Shown: positions 52,966 through 63,609, numbered from the stretch's first letter. The stretch: 64,000 bases of DNA from Solirubrobacterales bacterium (GCA_038326655.1 JBBQKG010000017.1:948-64947), one strand, 5' to 3'. Numbers and translations are program-made. Notes: a model not told the origin generated them from the sequence alone.

Positions 52966-54798
52966 TTGAACGAGTCGAGCACAGCCACACCGCGCACGGA
53001 CGCGCCGACCAACCACGAGCGACTGCGGGTCTGGGTCGAAGAGGTCGCGGCGCTGACGCAGCCCGCTTCGATCCACTGGTGCGACGGCTCGGCGGAGGAG
53101 TACGACCGCCTCTGCGGTGAGCTGGTCGAGGCCGGCACGTTCGAGAAGCTGTCCGACGCCAAGCGGCCCAACTCCTACCTGGCGCGCTCGGACCCCGGCG
53201 ACGTCGCGCGGGTGGAGGACCGGACCTTTATCTGCTCCGAGAAGGCGGCAGACGCCGGTCCCACCAACAACTGGCGCGAGCCGGCGGAGATGAGGGATCT
53301 CCTGAACGACCTCTTCGAGGGTTCCATGGAGGGCCGCACGATGTACGTGGTGCCGTTTTCGATGGGCCCGATCGGCTCGCCGATCGCCCACATCGGGGTG
53401 CAGCTGACCGACTCTCCATACGTCGTGGTGAGCATGCGGATCATGACGCGGATGGGGCAGCGGGCGCTGGACGCACTCGGCGAGGACGGCGATTTCGTGC
53501 CCTGCCTGCATTCGGTCGGGTACCCGCTCCCCGAAGGCCGCGCCGACGTGCCATGGCCGTGTGACGCCGAGAACAAGTACATCGTGCACTTCCCGGAGTC
53601 GCGCGAGATCTGGTCCTACGGCTCCGGATACGGGGGCAACGCGCTGCTGGGGAAGAAGTGCTTCGCGCTGCGGATCGCCTCGGCGATGGCGCGCGACGAG
53701 GGCTGGATGGCCGAGCACATGCTGATCCTGAAGCTCACCTCGCCGGAGGGCACCAGCAAGTACGTGGCGGGCGCATTCCCGTCGGCTTGCGGGAAGACGA
53801 ACCTCGCGATGCTGATCCCGACGCTGCCGGGGTGGAAGGTGGAGACGATCGGCGACGACATCGCCTGGATGAAGTTCGGCCCCGACGGGCGCCTCTACGC
53901 GATCAACCCCGAGGCGGGGTTCTTCGGCGTCGCCCCCGGGACGAGCGAGAAAACCAACCCGAACGCGATCGCGACGGTGCGAGAGTGCTCGGTTTTCACA
54001 AACTGCGCGCTGACCGACGACGGCGACATCTGGTGGGAGGGGATGACCACCGCGCCGCCCGCGCACCTGATCGACTGGCACGGAGGACAGTGGACGCCGG
54101 AGTCGGAGGCGCCGGCCGCGCACCCCAATGCCCGCTTCACGACGCCTGCCAGGCAGTGCCCGTCGATCGCCCCGGAGTGGGAGGACCCCGCCGGTGTGCC
54201 GATCGAGGCGATCCTCTTCGGGGGCAGGCGCGCGACGGTCGTGCCGCTCGTGCGAGAGGCATTCGACTGGGAGCACGGCGTCTTCATGGGATCGATCATG
54301 TCCTCGGAGACCACCGCCGCGGCCGCGGGTGCTGTCGGCAAGCTGCGCTTCGACCCGTTCGCGATGCTGCCCTTCTGCGGCTACCACATGGCCGACTACT
54401 TCCGTCACTGGCTGGACATCGGCAAGCGCGCGGATGCCTCCAAGCTGCCGCGGCTCTACAACGTGAACTGGTTCCGGAAGGACTCCTCGGGCAAGTTCCT
54501 CTGGCCGGGGTTCGGCGAGAACAGCCGGGTCCTGGCATGGATCTTCCGGCGCTGCGAAGGCAAGGCAGACGCGGTCGAGACCGCCGCGGGGCTGGTGCCG
54601 GCGCCGGGCGCGATCGACACCGAGGGGCTGAACGTGGGCGAGGATCAGATCGCCGAGCTCCTGCGCGTAGACCCGGCCGGATTCCTAGGGGAGATCCCCG
54701 CGGTGCACGAGCACTTCGCCAAGTTCGGCGACCGCCTGCCCCAGGAGCTTCACGACCAGCTGGCAAAGCTGGAGGAGCAGCTCAGCTCCGCCGACTAG
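52966..54798 (+). CDS. pckG: PEP carboxykinase (GTP)
   Basis: [48 protein letters not shown]. Confidence 0.97.
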   Translation: MNESSTATPRTDAPTNHERLRVWVEEVAALTQPASIHWCDGSAEEYDRLCGELVEAGTFEKLSDAKRPNSYLARSDPGDVARVEDRTFICSEKAADAGPTNNWREPAEMRDLLNDLFEGSMEGRTMYVVPFSMGPIGSPIAHIGVQLTDSPYVVVSMRIMTRMGQRALDALGEDGDFVPCLHSVGYPLPEGRADVPWPCDAENKYIVHFPESREIWSYGSGYGGNALLGKKCFALRIASAMARDEGWMAEHMLILKLTSPEGTSKYVAGAFPSACGKTNLAMLIPTLPGWKVETIGDDIAWMKFGPDGRLYAINPEAGFFGVAPGTSEKTNPNAIATVRECSVFTNCALTDDGDIWWEGMTTAPPAHLIDWHGGQWTPESEAPAAHPNARFTTPARQCPSIAPEWEDPAGVPIEAILFGGRRATVVPLVREAFDWEHGVFMGSIMSSETTAAAAGAVGKLRFDPFAMLPFCGYHMADYFRHWLDIGKRADASKLPRLYNVNWFRKDSSGKFLWPGFGENSRVLAWIFRRCEGKADAVETAAGLVPAPGAIDTEGLNVGEDQIAELLRVDPAGFLGEIPAVHEHFAKFGDRLPQELHDQLAKLEEQLSSAD

Positions 54799-54857
54799 CC
54801 GTCGATCCTTACAAGACGGCGTTTCTCGCGCCCGCAACGCGGGGTAGAGGACCCGTG

Positions 54858-55475
54858 ATGGCCCGACGTGTCGCATTGCGCAGGATCCCGCGCCGCCGGG
54901 GTGCCGTGACCGGATTACTGCTGGTGCTGCTGGGGGTCTGGGGCGCGCTGATCCCGTTCGTCGGCCCGTACTTCGACTACCAGATCGGGAGCACGGAGAC
55001 CTGGCACTGGACCATCGACCGCCTGTGGCTCTCCGTGCTGCCAGGCGCCGCCGCCGCGGTCGGCGGGCTGATCATGCTCTACAGCACGCGGCGCTCGAGC
55101 GCCGCGCTCGGCGGTCTGCTGGGGCTCGCCGGCGGCCTATGGTTCGTGGTCGGCCCGAACGTCAGCCTGCTGTGGAACCACGGCGCGCCGGCGACTGGCG
55201 CGGCCGCCGGCGACACCGGCGTGCGGGTGCTCGAGTGGCTCGGATTCTTCTACGGGACCGGGGCCCTGATCACGCTGCTGGCCGCCTACGGCCTCGGGTT
55301 CCTCGCGGCCCTGCCGGTCGTGGACGAGGCGGTTGCACCGGCTGCGGCGCCTGTGGCCGACGCCCCCGTGCGCGATGAGCGCACGGCCGAGCGCCCGCGC
55401 AGGCGGCGCCGGCTGCGCCGCCGCCGGCGGCGGGACAGGCAGGCAGCCGACGTGGAAGAGCAGCGCACCGACTAG
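54858..55475 (+). CDS. Hypothetical membrane protein
   Basis: LLGVWGALIPFVGPYF and about four TM segments. Confidence 0.8.
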   Translation: MARRVALRRIPRRRGAVTGLLLVLLGVWGALIPFVGPYFDYQIGSTETWHWTIDRLWLSVLPGAAAAVGGLIMLYSTRRSSAALGGLLGLAGGLWFVVGPNVSLLWNHGAPATGAAAGDTGVRVLEWLGFFYGTGALITLLAAYGLGFLAALPVVDEAVAPAAAPVADAPVRDERTAERPRRRRRLRRRRRRDRQAADVEEQRTD

Positions 55476-55497
55476 CGCACGCGGCTGGGAACTACAG

Positions 55498-56100
55498 CTA
55501 GTGGGCCTCGTCGGACTCGGCCGCGGGCGGCCGTGATTCCTCGGCCAGCGAGGTGATCGTGAGCTGGCCGCGCGAGGACTCCTCGAGCACCTCGGCGGCC
55601 TCCTCCGAGGTACGCGCGTAGAGCTCGACCAGCAGGTGGATCGTGATCTTGTCCTCGTCGTGCTTGTGGAACCGCACGTGCGTGAAGAACTCGCGGGTGC
55701 CGCCCTCGCCGAAGGCGGCGTACGTGAGCGCGTCGGCGGCCTCCGGCCCGGAGCAGACCTCGACCAGGTCCTGGTCCACCGTGACCGTGCACGAGGCGAC
55801 CCACGGCGTGCCCGTCACCATGCGCTCCCAGCGGTCCTCGACAGGCTCGACCCGGCCGTCGGTGAAGGTCAGGTGAGGCTGATCGTGCATGCAGTCGAGG
55901 CACTGGACGACCGCCTCCTGGACCTCGTCCAGCCGCTCGGAGAAGCCACCCGACTCGGCGTCGATCCGAAGGATCGCGTCGTAGTGCACCTGCGCCTCGA
56001 GGTTCTGCGACCAGCACCGGTAGCAGCGCAGCCACGGGCGCCCCTCGTTCGGGGCCACGTTGCGCTCGGGCGGGGGGGTGTCTGATCCTGGCTGGGACAC
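55498..56100 (-). CDS. Hypothetical acidic protein with CxxC...CxxC
   Basis: CYRC and CLDC; starts 8 bp after the moaA stop. Confidence 0.75.
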   Translation of the reverse strand: MSQPGSDTPPPERNVAPNEGRPWLRCYRCWSQNLEAQVHYDAILRIDAESGGFSERLDEVQEAVVQCLDCMHDQPHLTFTDGRVEPVEDRWERMVTGTPWVASCTVTVDQDLVEVCSGPEAADALTYAAFGEGGTREFFTHVRFHKHDEDKITIHLLVELYARTSEEAAEVLEESSRGQLTITSLAEESRPPAAESDEAH

Positions 56101-56108
56101 GGTGCCTG

Positions 56109-57110
56109 CTAGCCGCCGATCTGGCTCATCGTGCGGGGCGGCTGGCGGAACCCGGGCTCCGCGACGTGGTGCTTGAGCTCCTTGCGCCAGACGGCGTCGC
56201 GGACGACGTCTTCGAGGTGCTCGTCTCCGGCGCCTTCCCGGAGCGGCGCCCGAAGGTCGGTCTCGTGCAGGCTGAACAGGCACGTCCGCAGCTTGCCCTC
56301 GGCCGTCAGCCGGATTCGGTCGCAGTCGGCGCAGAAGGGCTCCGACACCGGGTTCACGAAGCCGAGCTCCCCGCGGCCGTCGCGGAACCGCCAGACCTTC
56401 GCGGTCGCATGCGGCTCGCGCTCGACCGGCTCGAGCGGATAGACCCGGTCGACGATCGCGCGCACCTCGGCGCCGGTGAGGACGCGGTCCTGCGACCACG
56501 CGCGGTCGGCGTCCAGCGGCATGAACTCGATGAAGCGGACCTGGTAGGGCTTGCGGCGTGCGAGCTCCGCGAACGGCAGCACCTCGGCCTCGGTGAAGCC
56601 TCGCATCGCCACGCAGTTCACCTTCACGGTGCCCAGCTCGGGGAAGCGCTCGAGCGCCTCGAGGCCCTCGATCACCTGCGGCAGCGAGTCACGGCGCGTC
56701 ATCTCGAAGAACCGGTCACGCGAAAGCGAGTCGAGCGACACGTTGATCCGCCTCAGGCCGGCCGCGACGAGGTCTCCGGCCATGCCGGCGAGCAGGTAGC
56801 CGTTGGTCGTGAGAGACAGGTCTTCGAGTCCTTCGACGGCGCTCAGCATCGCGATCAGCTTCGGCAGGTCGCGCCGGACCAGCGGCTCGCCTCCGGTGAG
56901 GCGGATGCTCTGAACGCCGAGCGGCACCATCACTCTCACGAGGCGCTCGATCTCCTCGAACGTGAGCAGCTCCGAGCGCTGGAGCCAGGGCAGGCCCTCG
57001 GCCGGCATGCAGTACTGGCACCGAAAGTTGCATCGATCGGTGACGGAGACCCGCAGATCCCCGATCCGACGACCGTGGCCGTCCCTCAGCGGCTCAGCGC
57101 GGGATGCCAT
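56109..57110 (-). CDS. moaA: GTP 3',8-cyclase MoaA
   Basis: CNFRCQYC, FCADCDRIRLT, terminal MSQIGG. Confidence 0.97.
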   Translation of the reverse strand: MASRAEPLRDGHGRRIGDLRVSVTDRCNFRCQYCMPAEGLPWLQRSELLTFEEIERLVRVMVPLGVQSIRLTGGEPLVRRDLPKLIAMLSAVEGLEDLSLTTNGYLLAGMAGDLVAAGLRRINVSLDSLSRDRFFEMTRRDSLPQVIEGLEALERFPELGTVKVNCVAMRGFTEAEVLPFAELARRKPYQVRFIEFMPLDADRAWSQDRVLTGAEVRAIVDRVYPLEPVEREPHATAKVWRFRDGRGELGFVNPVSEPFCADCDRIRLTAEGKLRTCLFSLHETDLRAPLREGAGDEHLEDVVRDAVWRKELKHHVAEPGFRQPPRTMSQIGG

Positions 57111-57169
57111 CCCGGCTAGTCTAGACCGCCACCTCCGCCGCCCTCGCGGGGATGCCGAGTTTCCGCTGC

Positions 57170-58144
57170 TCAGGCGGGTTTTGCGGCCTCCAGCGCGGCC
57201 TCGAAATCGGTGCGGGGCACCGCGCCGATGCAGGGCGAGGTGGCACCCGCTGCCGCATACCGCTCGATGCCCGCGCGGACGTCCTCCGTAGAGCCGATCG
57301 CGGTGAGGTCGTCGAGGAAACGGTCCGAGATAGCGGCCTTCGCCCGCTCCACGTCGCCGGACTGCATCGCCGCGTCGAACCCGGCGATGTCGTCGCCGAA
57401 GCCCGAGCGCTCGATCATTGCGCGGTAGAAGGGGAGGCTCCAGTACGTGATCAGGTCGGTGCGCATGGTCTCGTAGGCGGCCGCCTTGTCGTCTGTGACC
57501 GCAGTCGGAACCGCGGCCACGATGTCGAATCCCTCGAGCGCCCGCCCGGCCTGCTCTCGCCCCGCCCGAACCTCCGGCACGACGACGTCGCGGATGTAGT
57601 CCGGATTGCAGAGCCAGAGCATCGCGCCGTCGGCGATCTCGCCGGCAAGCCTCAGCATCTTCGGCGACAGCGCCGCGACGTAGATCGGCAGGTCCGCGCG
57701 CGGCCCGTAGCCCATGAAACGGAAGCGGCTCCTGAAGATGTCGCCCTCGGGCGGGTCCTCCCCGCGGAACGCCGCACGCACGATGCCGGCGTACTCGCGC
57801 ATCGCCTTCAGAGGCCGCTCCAGCTCGGTCCCGTACCAGTTCTCGACCGTCACCTTGTGCGACACGCCAAGGCCCAGGACCATGCGCCCAGTGGAGTACT
57901 CGTCCACCGTCGCGGCGCTCTGCGCCGTCGCGACGGGAGTGCGCGAGTAGATCGGCAGCACGCCCGTGCCGAGCTTGATGCGCTCACTGACCGCCGCGTA
58001 GGCCATCAGCACCGTCAGCGAGTCGCGGCCCGCGATATGCGTCACGTAGGTGGAGTCGTAACCGAGCTCGTCGGCGAGCTTCACGCGCTCGACGGCCTGG
58101 TCCAGGGACCTTCCGACCGATATGAAGGTGCCGACGCCCGCCAC
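57170..58144 (-). CDS. LLM-class flavin/F420-dependent oxidoreductase
   Basis: RIKLGTGV, GRMVLGLG, PIYVAAL.PKMLRLAGEIADG. Confidence 0.9.
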   Translation of the reverse strand: MAGVGTFISVGRSLDQAVERVKLADELGYDSTYVTHIAGRDSLTVLMAYAAVSERIKLGTGVLPIYSRTPVATAQSAATVDEYSTGRMVLGLGVSHKVTVENWYGTELERPLKAMREYAGIVRAAFRGEDPPEGDIFRSRFRFMGYGPRADLPIYVAALSPKMLRLAGEIADGAMLWLCNPDYIRDVVVPEVRAGREQAGRALEGFDIVAAVPTAVTDDKAAAYETMRTDLITYWSLPFYRAMIERSGFGDDIAGFDAAMQSGDVERAKAAISDRFLDDLTAIGSTEDVRAGIERYAAAGATSPCIGAVPRTDFEAALEAAKPA

Positions 58145-58153
58145 GGAGGCAGA

Positions 58154-58336
58154 CTATCCGCGCTCTCGCTCGTCCATCAGGAGGACCAGCACGACGGCGG
58201 CGACGAAGGCCATCTGACCAAAGGCCGACGCGGCGCCCCAGCCTGCGCCGGCAGCCTTCGCGATCAGCGTCGCGAGCCCGAACGAGGCCACCAGGAAGCC
58301 GAGCTGGGCACTCCGGCTGCGCTGCAGGACCTCCAC
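58154..58336 (-). CDS. Small 2-TM protein
   Basis: 60 aa, fills the gap between the mutase and LLM genes. Confidence 0.65.
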   Translation of the reverse strand: MEVLQRSRSAQLGFLVASFGLATLIAKAAGAGWGAASAFGQMAFVAAVVLVLLMDERERG

Positions 58337-58340
58337 GGCC

Positions 58341-60077
58341 TCAGATCGTCGCGAGCGCCTTGTATTCGCCGAAGACGCCCTTCATGGCGCCGCAGATCTC
58401 CCCCAGCGTGCAGTAGGCGTGCACTGCCTCGATGATCGGCGCCATGAGGTTGGCCCCGTCGGTCTCACAGGCGGTCCGAAGCGCCGCCAGCTTCTCTTCG
58501 GATGCGGCCGAGTCGCGCGTGGCACGGAGCTGCTCGAGCTTCTCGCGCTGGCGGTCGGCAAGCGTCTGGTCGACCCGGAAGTACTCCGGGTGCGGGTCCT
58601 CCTCGTCGCGGTACTTGTTGACTCCCACGACGACACGCTCGCCCTCGTTCACGTCCTGCTCCCACTTGTAGGCCTCGTCGAGGATCGCCTTGTGGTAGTA
58701 GCCGGAGTCGATCGCCTCGACGGCGCCCCCGAGCTTCTCGATCTTGTCCATCTCCTCGACGGCACGCCGCTCGAGCTCACCGGTGAGCCACTCGAGGTAG
58801 TAGGAGCCGGCCATCGGGTCGATCGTGTCCGTGACGCCGATCTCTTCGGCGATGATCTGCTGCGTGCGGACCGCGATCTTCTGCGCCTTCTCGGTCGGGA
58901 TCGCGAGTGCCTCGTCGTAACAGGAGAGCGCCATCGACTGAACGCCGCCGAGCGCCGCGGCGAGCGCCTGGACCGCCGCGCGCACGATGTTGTTCTCCGG
59001 TTGCTGGGCGGTCAGCGTCGACCCGCCCGTCTGCGTGTGGGTGCGAACCATCATCGAGCGGGGATCGGTGGCACCGAAGCGCTCGCGCATGATCCGGGCC
59101 CACAGGCGCCGGAGGGCGCGGTACTTCGCGATCTCCTCGAAGAAGTTGATGTGGGTGTTGAAGATCCACGACAGGCGCGGTGCGAACGCGTCGATCTCGA
59201 CGCCGCGCTCGCGCACAGCCTCGATGTAGGCGATCGCGTTGGCGAACGTGAACGCGATCTCCTGCACGGCGGTCGAGCCGGCCTCGCGCATGTGATAGCC
59301 CGAGAGCGAGATCGCGTTGAAGCGCGGCGCGTCGGTCGCGCACCAGGCGATCAGGTCCGCGGCCAGCCGCAACGAAGGCTTGGGCGGGTAGATGAACGTG
59401 CCGCGTGCGACGTACTCCTTTAGGACGTCGTTCTGGGCGGTGCCCGACACCTGCTCGCGGGACACGCCCTGCTTGTCGGCGACCGCGACGTACATCGCGA
59501 CCAGCACGGGCGCCGGCGCGTTGATTGTCATCGAGGTCGAGACGCGGTCGAGCGGGATGCCGTCGAAGACGACCTCCATGTCGGCAAGCGAGTCGATCGC
59601 GACGCCGACCTGGCCGACCTCGCCCTCGGCCCGCTCGTCATCGGAGTCGAGCCCCATCTGCGTTGGCAGGTCGAAGGCGGCGGAGAGCCCGGGCTGGCCT
59701 TGAGAAAGGAGGAACTTGAAGCGCTCGTTGGTCGCCTCGGGCGTGCCGAAGCCGGCGTACTGGCGGATCGTCCAGGGGCGCCCTCGATACATCGTGGGCT
59801 GGATGCCGCGCGTGAACGGGTACTGGCCGGGGAAACCGAGGTCGCGGGTGTAGTCGACGTCCGCGACGTGCTCGGGGGTGTAGAGGCGGTCGGTCTCGAG
59901 GCCCGAGAGCGTCTCGAAGTGCTCACGCCGCTCGCCCTGCTTCTCGAGGGTCTTTGCGAGTGGGCCTTCCTCCCAGCGGCGGCGCGCGTTGCGGAGCTCC
60001 TGAAGCTCCTGCTCCTTGGACCGGATCAACTCGTCGAGCTCGGCCCTTCCGTTGCCATGTGCGCCGTTATCGGCCAT
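58341..60077 (-). CDS. Methylmalonyl-CoA mutase-family large (substrate-binding) subunit, no B12 domain
   Basis: [35 protein letters not shown]; no DxHxxG. Confidence 0.95.
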   Translation of the reverse strand: MADNGAHGNGRAELDELIRSKEQELQELRNARRRWEEGPLAKTLEKQGERREHFETLSGLETDRLYTPEHVADVDYTRDLGFPGQYPFTRGIQPTMYRGRPWTIRQYAGFGTPEATNERFKFLLSQGQPGLSAAFDLPTQMGLDSDDERAEGEVGQVGVAIDSLADMEVVFDGIPLDRVSTSMTINAPAPVLVAMYVAVADKQGVSREQVSGTAQNDVLKEYVARGTFIYPPKPSLRLAADLIAWCATDAPRFNAISLSGYHMREAGSTAVQEIAFTFANAIAYIEAVRERGVEIDAFAPRLSWIFNTHINFFEEIAKYRALRRLWARIMRERFGATDPRSMMVRTHTQTGGSTLTAQQPENNIVRAAVQALAAALGGVQSMALSCYDEALAIPTEKAQKIAVRTQQIIAEEIGVTDTIDPMAGSYYLEWLTGELERRAVEEMDKIEKLGGAVEAIDSGYYHKAILDEAYKWEQDVNEGERVVVGVNKYRDEEDPHPEYFRVDQTLADRQREKLEQLRATRDSAASEEKLAALRTACETDGANLMAPIIEAVHAYCTLGEICGAMKGVFGEYKALATI

Positions 60078-60120
60078 CAACGCCTCCTCGCGAAGCTCAC
60101 GATGTGAGTTTAATGGGGTC

Positions 60121-61032
60121 GTGGCCGCCGAACCCGATTCGACGCTGATCGACGTCCGCCAGCTCGACCGCGAGCGCGTGATCGGCGCCTGGGACCTCGG
60201 CGGCGCGATCGTCGATCCGGGTCCCGAAAGTCGCATGGAGACGCTGTTGGCCGGTGTCGTCGAGCCACCGCGTGCGCTGTTGCTGACGCACATCCACCTC
60301 GATCACGCGGGCGCGACCGGGGCGCTGGTCGAGCGTTTTCCCGACCTCGACGTGTGGGTGCACGCAAAAGGCGCGCCCCACCTGGTCGACCCAACCAGGC
60401 TGCTGGCGAGCGCCGGGCAGCTCTACGGAGACCGCATGGGCCATCTGTGGGGCAGGGTCGTGCCGGTGCCCGAGCGAAACATCCGCGTGCTCGAGGGAGG
60501 GGAGACGATCGACGTCGCCGGCCGGCGGCTCGCGGTCGAGTACACGCCCGGGCATGCGTCTCATCATGTCGTCTATTTCGACGACACCGACGGAACCGCC
60601 TACGTCGGCGACGTCGCGGGCGTGCGGATTCCGCCCTCCGACCTCGTCCAGCCGCCGACGCCGCCGCCCGACATCGACGTCCCCGCCTGGATGCGCTCGA
60701 TCGACCTGGTCGCCGAGCGCGAGCCGCGGTTTCTCGCGCTGACGCACTTCGGCGCCGTCCTCGACCCCGGCCCGCACCTGGAGCGTGCCAAGCGCGCACT
60801 CACCGAGCAGAGCGAGCTCGTCCGGCGCATGCTTGCCGAGTACGGCGACACCGACGAGGCCGTGCAGGCGTTCGTCGCGGAGGTGAACCGCCTCACGCGC
60901 GAGCGCACCGATGCGCGGATCGCGACGGCCTTTCAATCCGGGTCGCCGGTCGAGCAGCGGTGGATGGGGCTTCGCCGCTACTGGCAGAAGCAGGCGCAAA
61001 CCGAGCAGAAACAAGCAAGGGCCGCGCGCTGA
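60121..61032 (+). CDS. MBL-fold metallo-hydrolase
   Basis: THIHLDHAG, TPGHASHH, GD, THFG. Confidence 0.92.
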   Translation: MAAEPDSTLIDVRQLDRERVIGAWDLGGAIVDPGPESRMETLLAGVVEPPRALLLTHIHLDHAGATGALVERFPDLDVWVHAKGAPHLVDPTRLLASAGQLYGDRMGHLWGRVVPVPERNIRVLEGGETIDVAGRRLAVEYTPGHASHHVVYFDDTDGTAYVGDVAGVRIPPSDLVQPPTPPPDIDVPAWMRSIDLVAEREPRFLALTHFGAVLDPGPHLERAKRALTEQSELVRRMLAEYGDTDEAVQAFVAEVNRLTRERTDARIATAFQSGSPVEQRWMGLRRYWQKQAQTEQKQARAAR

Positions 61033-61322
61033 TGGCGACCGAGACGATCGAGCTGCCACGCACCGGCGGCCCGGGCAGCGGGCAGGGCGGTGGCTGGCGA
61101 GTGATCGTCCTGAACGACAACCACAACACCTTCGACCACGTCGCCGGCACGCTGGCGCGCGTGATCCCGGGGATGTCGGTCGAAAAGGGGTACCGGGTGG
61201 CCGACCAGATCCACAACAGTGGCCAGGCTGTCGTGTGGACCGGCGACCGGGAGCCGGCCGAGCTCTACTGGGAGCAGCTCCGGGACGCCGGCCTCACGAT
61301 GGCCCCGCTCGAGCGCGGCTGA
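61032..61322 (+). CDS. clpS: Clp protease adaptor ClpS
   Basis: WRVIVLNDNHNTFDHV, IHNSG.AVV; TGATG overlap. Confidence 0.9.
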   Translation: MATETIELPRTGGPGSGQGGGWRVIVLNDNHNTFDHVAGTLARVIPGMSVEKGYRVADQIHNSGQAVVWTGDREPAELYWEQLRDAGLTMAPLERG

Positions 61323-61502
61323 CGGCCGATCGCGCCGACGCGCCGCGCCCGGCCGCGTTTCGCTGGGTGTCCGCGACGGGTACCCGAGAGCGAAGGCAAT
61401 GTTGGTTGAGGGCGCAAGCATCCCTGGTATGCTTCTTGAGTACGCAAGTACTTCCGGCAGGCCCGGACGACCACAGCCCACAGGGCGGATTTGGAGATTG
61501 CA

Positions 61503-62018
61503 ATGGAAGTAGGGCTTTTCATCATCCATTTGACGTTCGGCCTCTTGCTGGCAGGCCACGGCGCCCAGAAGCTCTTCGGCTGGTTCGGTGGACACGGCCC
61601 GGAGGTCACCGGCGGCTTCATGGAGTCACTCGGCATGCGCCCGGGTCGCCGCAACGCGCTTGCGGCCGGCACCTCCGAGTTCGTCGGGGGTGTCCTGCTC
61701 GCGCTCGCCCTCGCGACGCCGCTTGCCGCGGCCCTGATCGCGTCGACGATGCTCGTTGCGGCCCTCACCGCGCATAGGGGGAAGGGCCCGTGGGCGACGA
61801 ACGGCGGCTGGGAGTTGCCGCTGACCTATGCGGTCGTCGCGATCGGCCTCGCCTTCAATGGCGCCGGCCAGTGGTCGCTCGACAACGCGATCGGCTGGAA
61901 CGACGCCGGTTTCTGGTGGGGCGTCGGCGCCTCGGCGGTAGCGCTCCTGGGCGCGTTCGGCGCGATCACAGCCGGTCGCCGCGAGGCGCATCAGCCAGCC
62001 GCGGGCGCGCACGCGTAG
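61503..62018 (+). CDS. DoxX family membrane protein
   Basis: HGAQKLFGWFGG, EFVGG, GWE, GAGQWSLD. Confidence 0.92.
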   Translation: MEVGLFIIHLTFGLLLAGHGAQKLFGWFGGHGPEVTGGFMESLGMRPGRRNALAAGTSEFVGGVLLALALATPLAAALIASTMLVAALTAHRGKGPWATNGGWELPLTYAVVAIGLAFNGAGQWSLDNAIGWNDAGFWWGVGASAVALLGAFGAITAGRREAHQPAAGAHA

Positions 62019-62040
62019 GCGCCGCAACCGTCACGGAAAC

Positions 62041-62063
62041 GGGGGCGCCATTGCGGCGCCCCT
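62041..62063 (+). terminator. GC-rich hairpin after DoxX
   Basis: GGGGCGCC-ATTGC-GGCGCCCC. Confidence 0.5.
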
Positions 62064-62066
62064 CCT

Positions 62067-62265
62067 TCAATCCTCGATCGCCCGGATCTTCGTGATCCGG
62101 CCCCACCGCAGCTCGATCGTCTGAGCGACCTCGTTGCGGTAGGGCTCACCGAGCACCTTGGTCCGGACGTCGACGAGCGCGACCACGCGGGTGCGCCAAG
62201 GCCAACCCTTGACGAGCACGTCGGCGACCTCGAACCGGATCGCGGGGAACAGCTCGAACAGCGCC
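62067..62265 (-). pseudogene. Fragment of an NTF2/SnoaL-like gene
   Basis: LFELFPAIRFEVADVLVKGWPWRTRVV...PYRNEVAQTIELRWGRITKIRAIED-stop, with no N-terminal half. Confidence 0.65.
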
Positions 62266-62430
62266 GGCCCCGGCGGCAGGATCGGGCCCGGTACAGCGGT
62301 TGTGGGCGAGCTCCTGGCGGCCGGCTCGCGCCGGCTCGGCGCCCGCCGCTCGGCCCACGCTCGCGATTAGGAGTTTGACCCCCCTGCGCGCGGGTAGGGA
62401 GCCGTGTAGCGGGCGGCGAAAGGCTGCAGG

Positions 62431-63543
62431 GTGCGTGTAACACGGAGGTTCGTTTTACCCCTGACCATCATGGTGGTGGCAGTGTCTGCACCCCCGGCCG
62501 CCGTGGCGGCGCTGCCAGATGGCGCATCTGTTGCCGGCGTTGTCACGGACGTTGTGTCTCCGACGGCCGCGGGCGCAGAGAAGCTTCCTGCCCTCGAGAC
62601 GAGCAAGGCGGCAGTCGCATCGCCGACCTCGGCTCCCAGCATGTCCGACGGGTTGGCGAAGGCGTCGACGCCGGCCGCGCCGTCTTTGCCGTCCACGAAG
62701 GCGGTCGAGCAGGCCGTCGCGCCGGTCGTCGAGGCCGCCTCTTCGACGGTGGACAAGGTGCTCGCTCCCGCGACCGGCAAGTTGACGCAGGTGGACACGC
62801 CTTCCACCGTGCCGGTGGAGCAGATCGTTCGCCCGGTCGTCCACGAGGTCTCGTCGACCGTGGACAAGGTACTCGCGCCGGTGACCGGCAAGCTGCCGCC
62901 GGCTGACCCTCCGTCCACGGCCGGGCCCGTAGAGCAGATCGTCCAGCCGCTCCTCGACCAGGTCTCTGCGACGGGCCGCCCGCCCCTGAGGTCCACGGTC
63001 GCGCAGCCGGTCACCGGCCGGCCCGCTCCGGTGGGCGGACCCTCACCTGGATCGGCCGGTTCCTCCGGCCACGCACAGGCGGTGGCCGGGAACGGAAATG
63101 GCGGCACGCCGCCCGCCGGCCCCGGGGCCGGCACCGGTACCCCCGGCGCCACCCTGGCGACGGGCTCCGCTCCGGGCCAGGGGCCGGGCTTCTTCGCGTC
63201 CGGCGCCGTGAAGGGCGCACCTGCGGCAGCACAGGTCACGCACGGCCGGCACCTCGTTGCTGCCGGGCCGAGCCGGCTCGAGCGAATCCGAGCTGCCGCG
63301 ATGTCCCAGCTGGCGGACGCGGCAGCGACGGTCCGCGGGCAGGTCCCGCCGAACGCCCCGCCCGTCCCAGCGCCGGTGTCTTTCGGGGGCGCTTCCGCTC
63401 CCGCGCTGTTCGGATTTGGCATCGCTGCAGCCCTCGCGATGCTCGCTGCGGCGATGCGCATGAGCTTCACCGTCAGACGTCACCTGCGGCCTGTGCCGCT
63501 CCTCGTGGCGTGCTGCGTCTCGCCTCTCGAACAACCCGGCTAG
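62431..63543 (+). CDS. Pro/Ala-rich secreted, membrane-anchored putative leader (regulatory) protein
   Basis: Signal peptide, 37-aa internal repeats, TM PALFGFGIAAALAMLAAAM, ~29-aa tail ending SPLEQPG-stop. Confidence 0.7.
   Translation: MRVTRRFVLPLTIMVVAVSAPPAAVAALPDGASVAGVVTDVVSPTAAGAEKLPALETSKAAVASPTSAPSMSDGLAKASTPAAPSLPSTKAVEQAVAPVVEAASSTVDKVLAPATGKLTQVDTPSTVPVEQIVRPVVHEVSSTVDKVLAPVTGKLPPADPPSTAGPVEQIVQPLLDQVSATGRPPLRSTVAQPVTGRPAPVGGPSPGSAGSSGHAQAVAGNGNGGTPPAGPGAGTGTPGATLATGSAPGQGPGFFASGAVKGAPAAAQVTHGRHLVAAGPSRLERIRAAAMSQLADAAATVRGQVPPNAPPVPAPVSFGGASAPALFGFGIAAALAMLAAAMRMSFTVRRHLRPVPLLVACCVSPLEQPG
62680..62970 (+). repeat. 111-bp (37-aa) imperfect coding repeat, ~2.5 copies
   Basis: STVDKVLAP(A/V)TGKL at 62743 and 62854; PST..(P/A)VEQ x3. 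Confidence 0.8.
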
Positions 63544-63604
63544 CCCCAAGCGCAGTCGGGTGGCACCGGCTTCCGCCGGTGTTTCAAACGTTCGAGAAGG
63601 AGAT
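63517..63604 (+). promoter_or_regulatory. Predicted three-way RNA junction sequestering the downstream SD
   Basis: TCTCGAAC 63525-32 pairs with GTTCGAGA 63590-97 and extends into AGGAGAT; ACCCGGCT/AGTCGGGT; CACCGGC/GCCGGTG. Confidence 0.6.
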
Positions 63605-63609
63605 GATTC

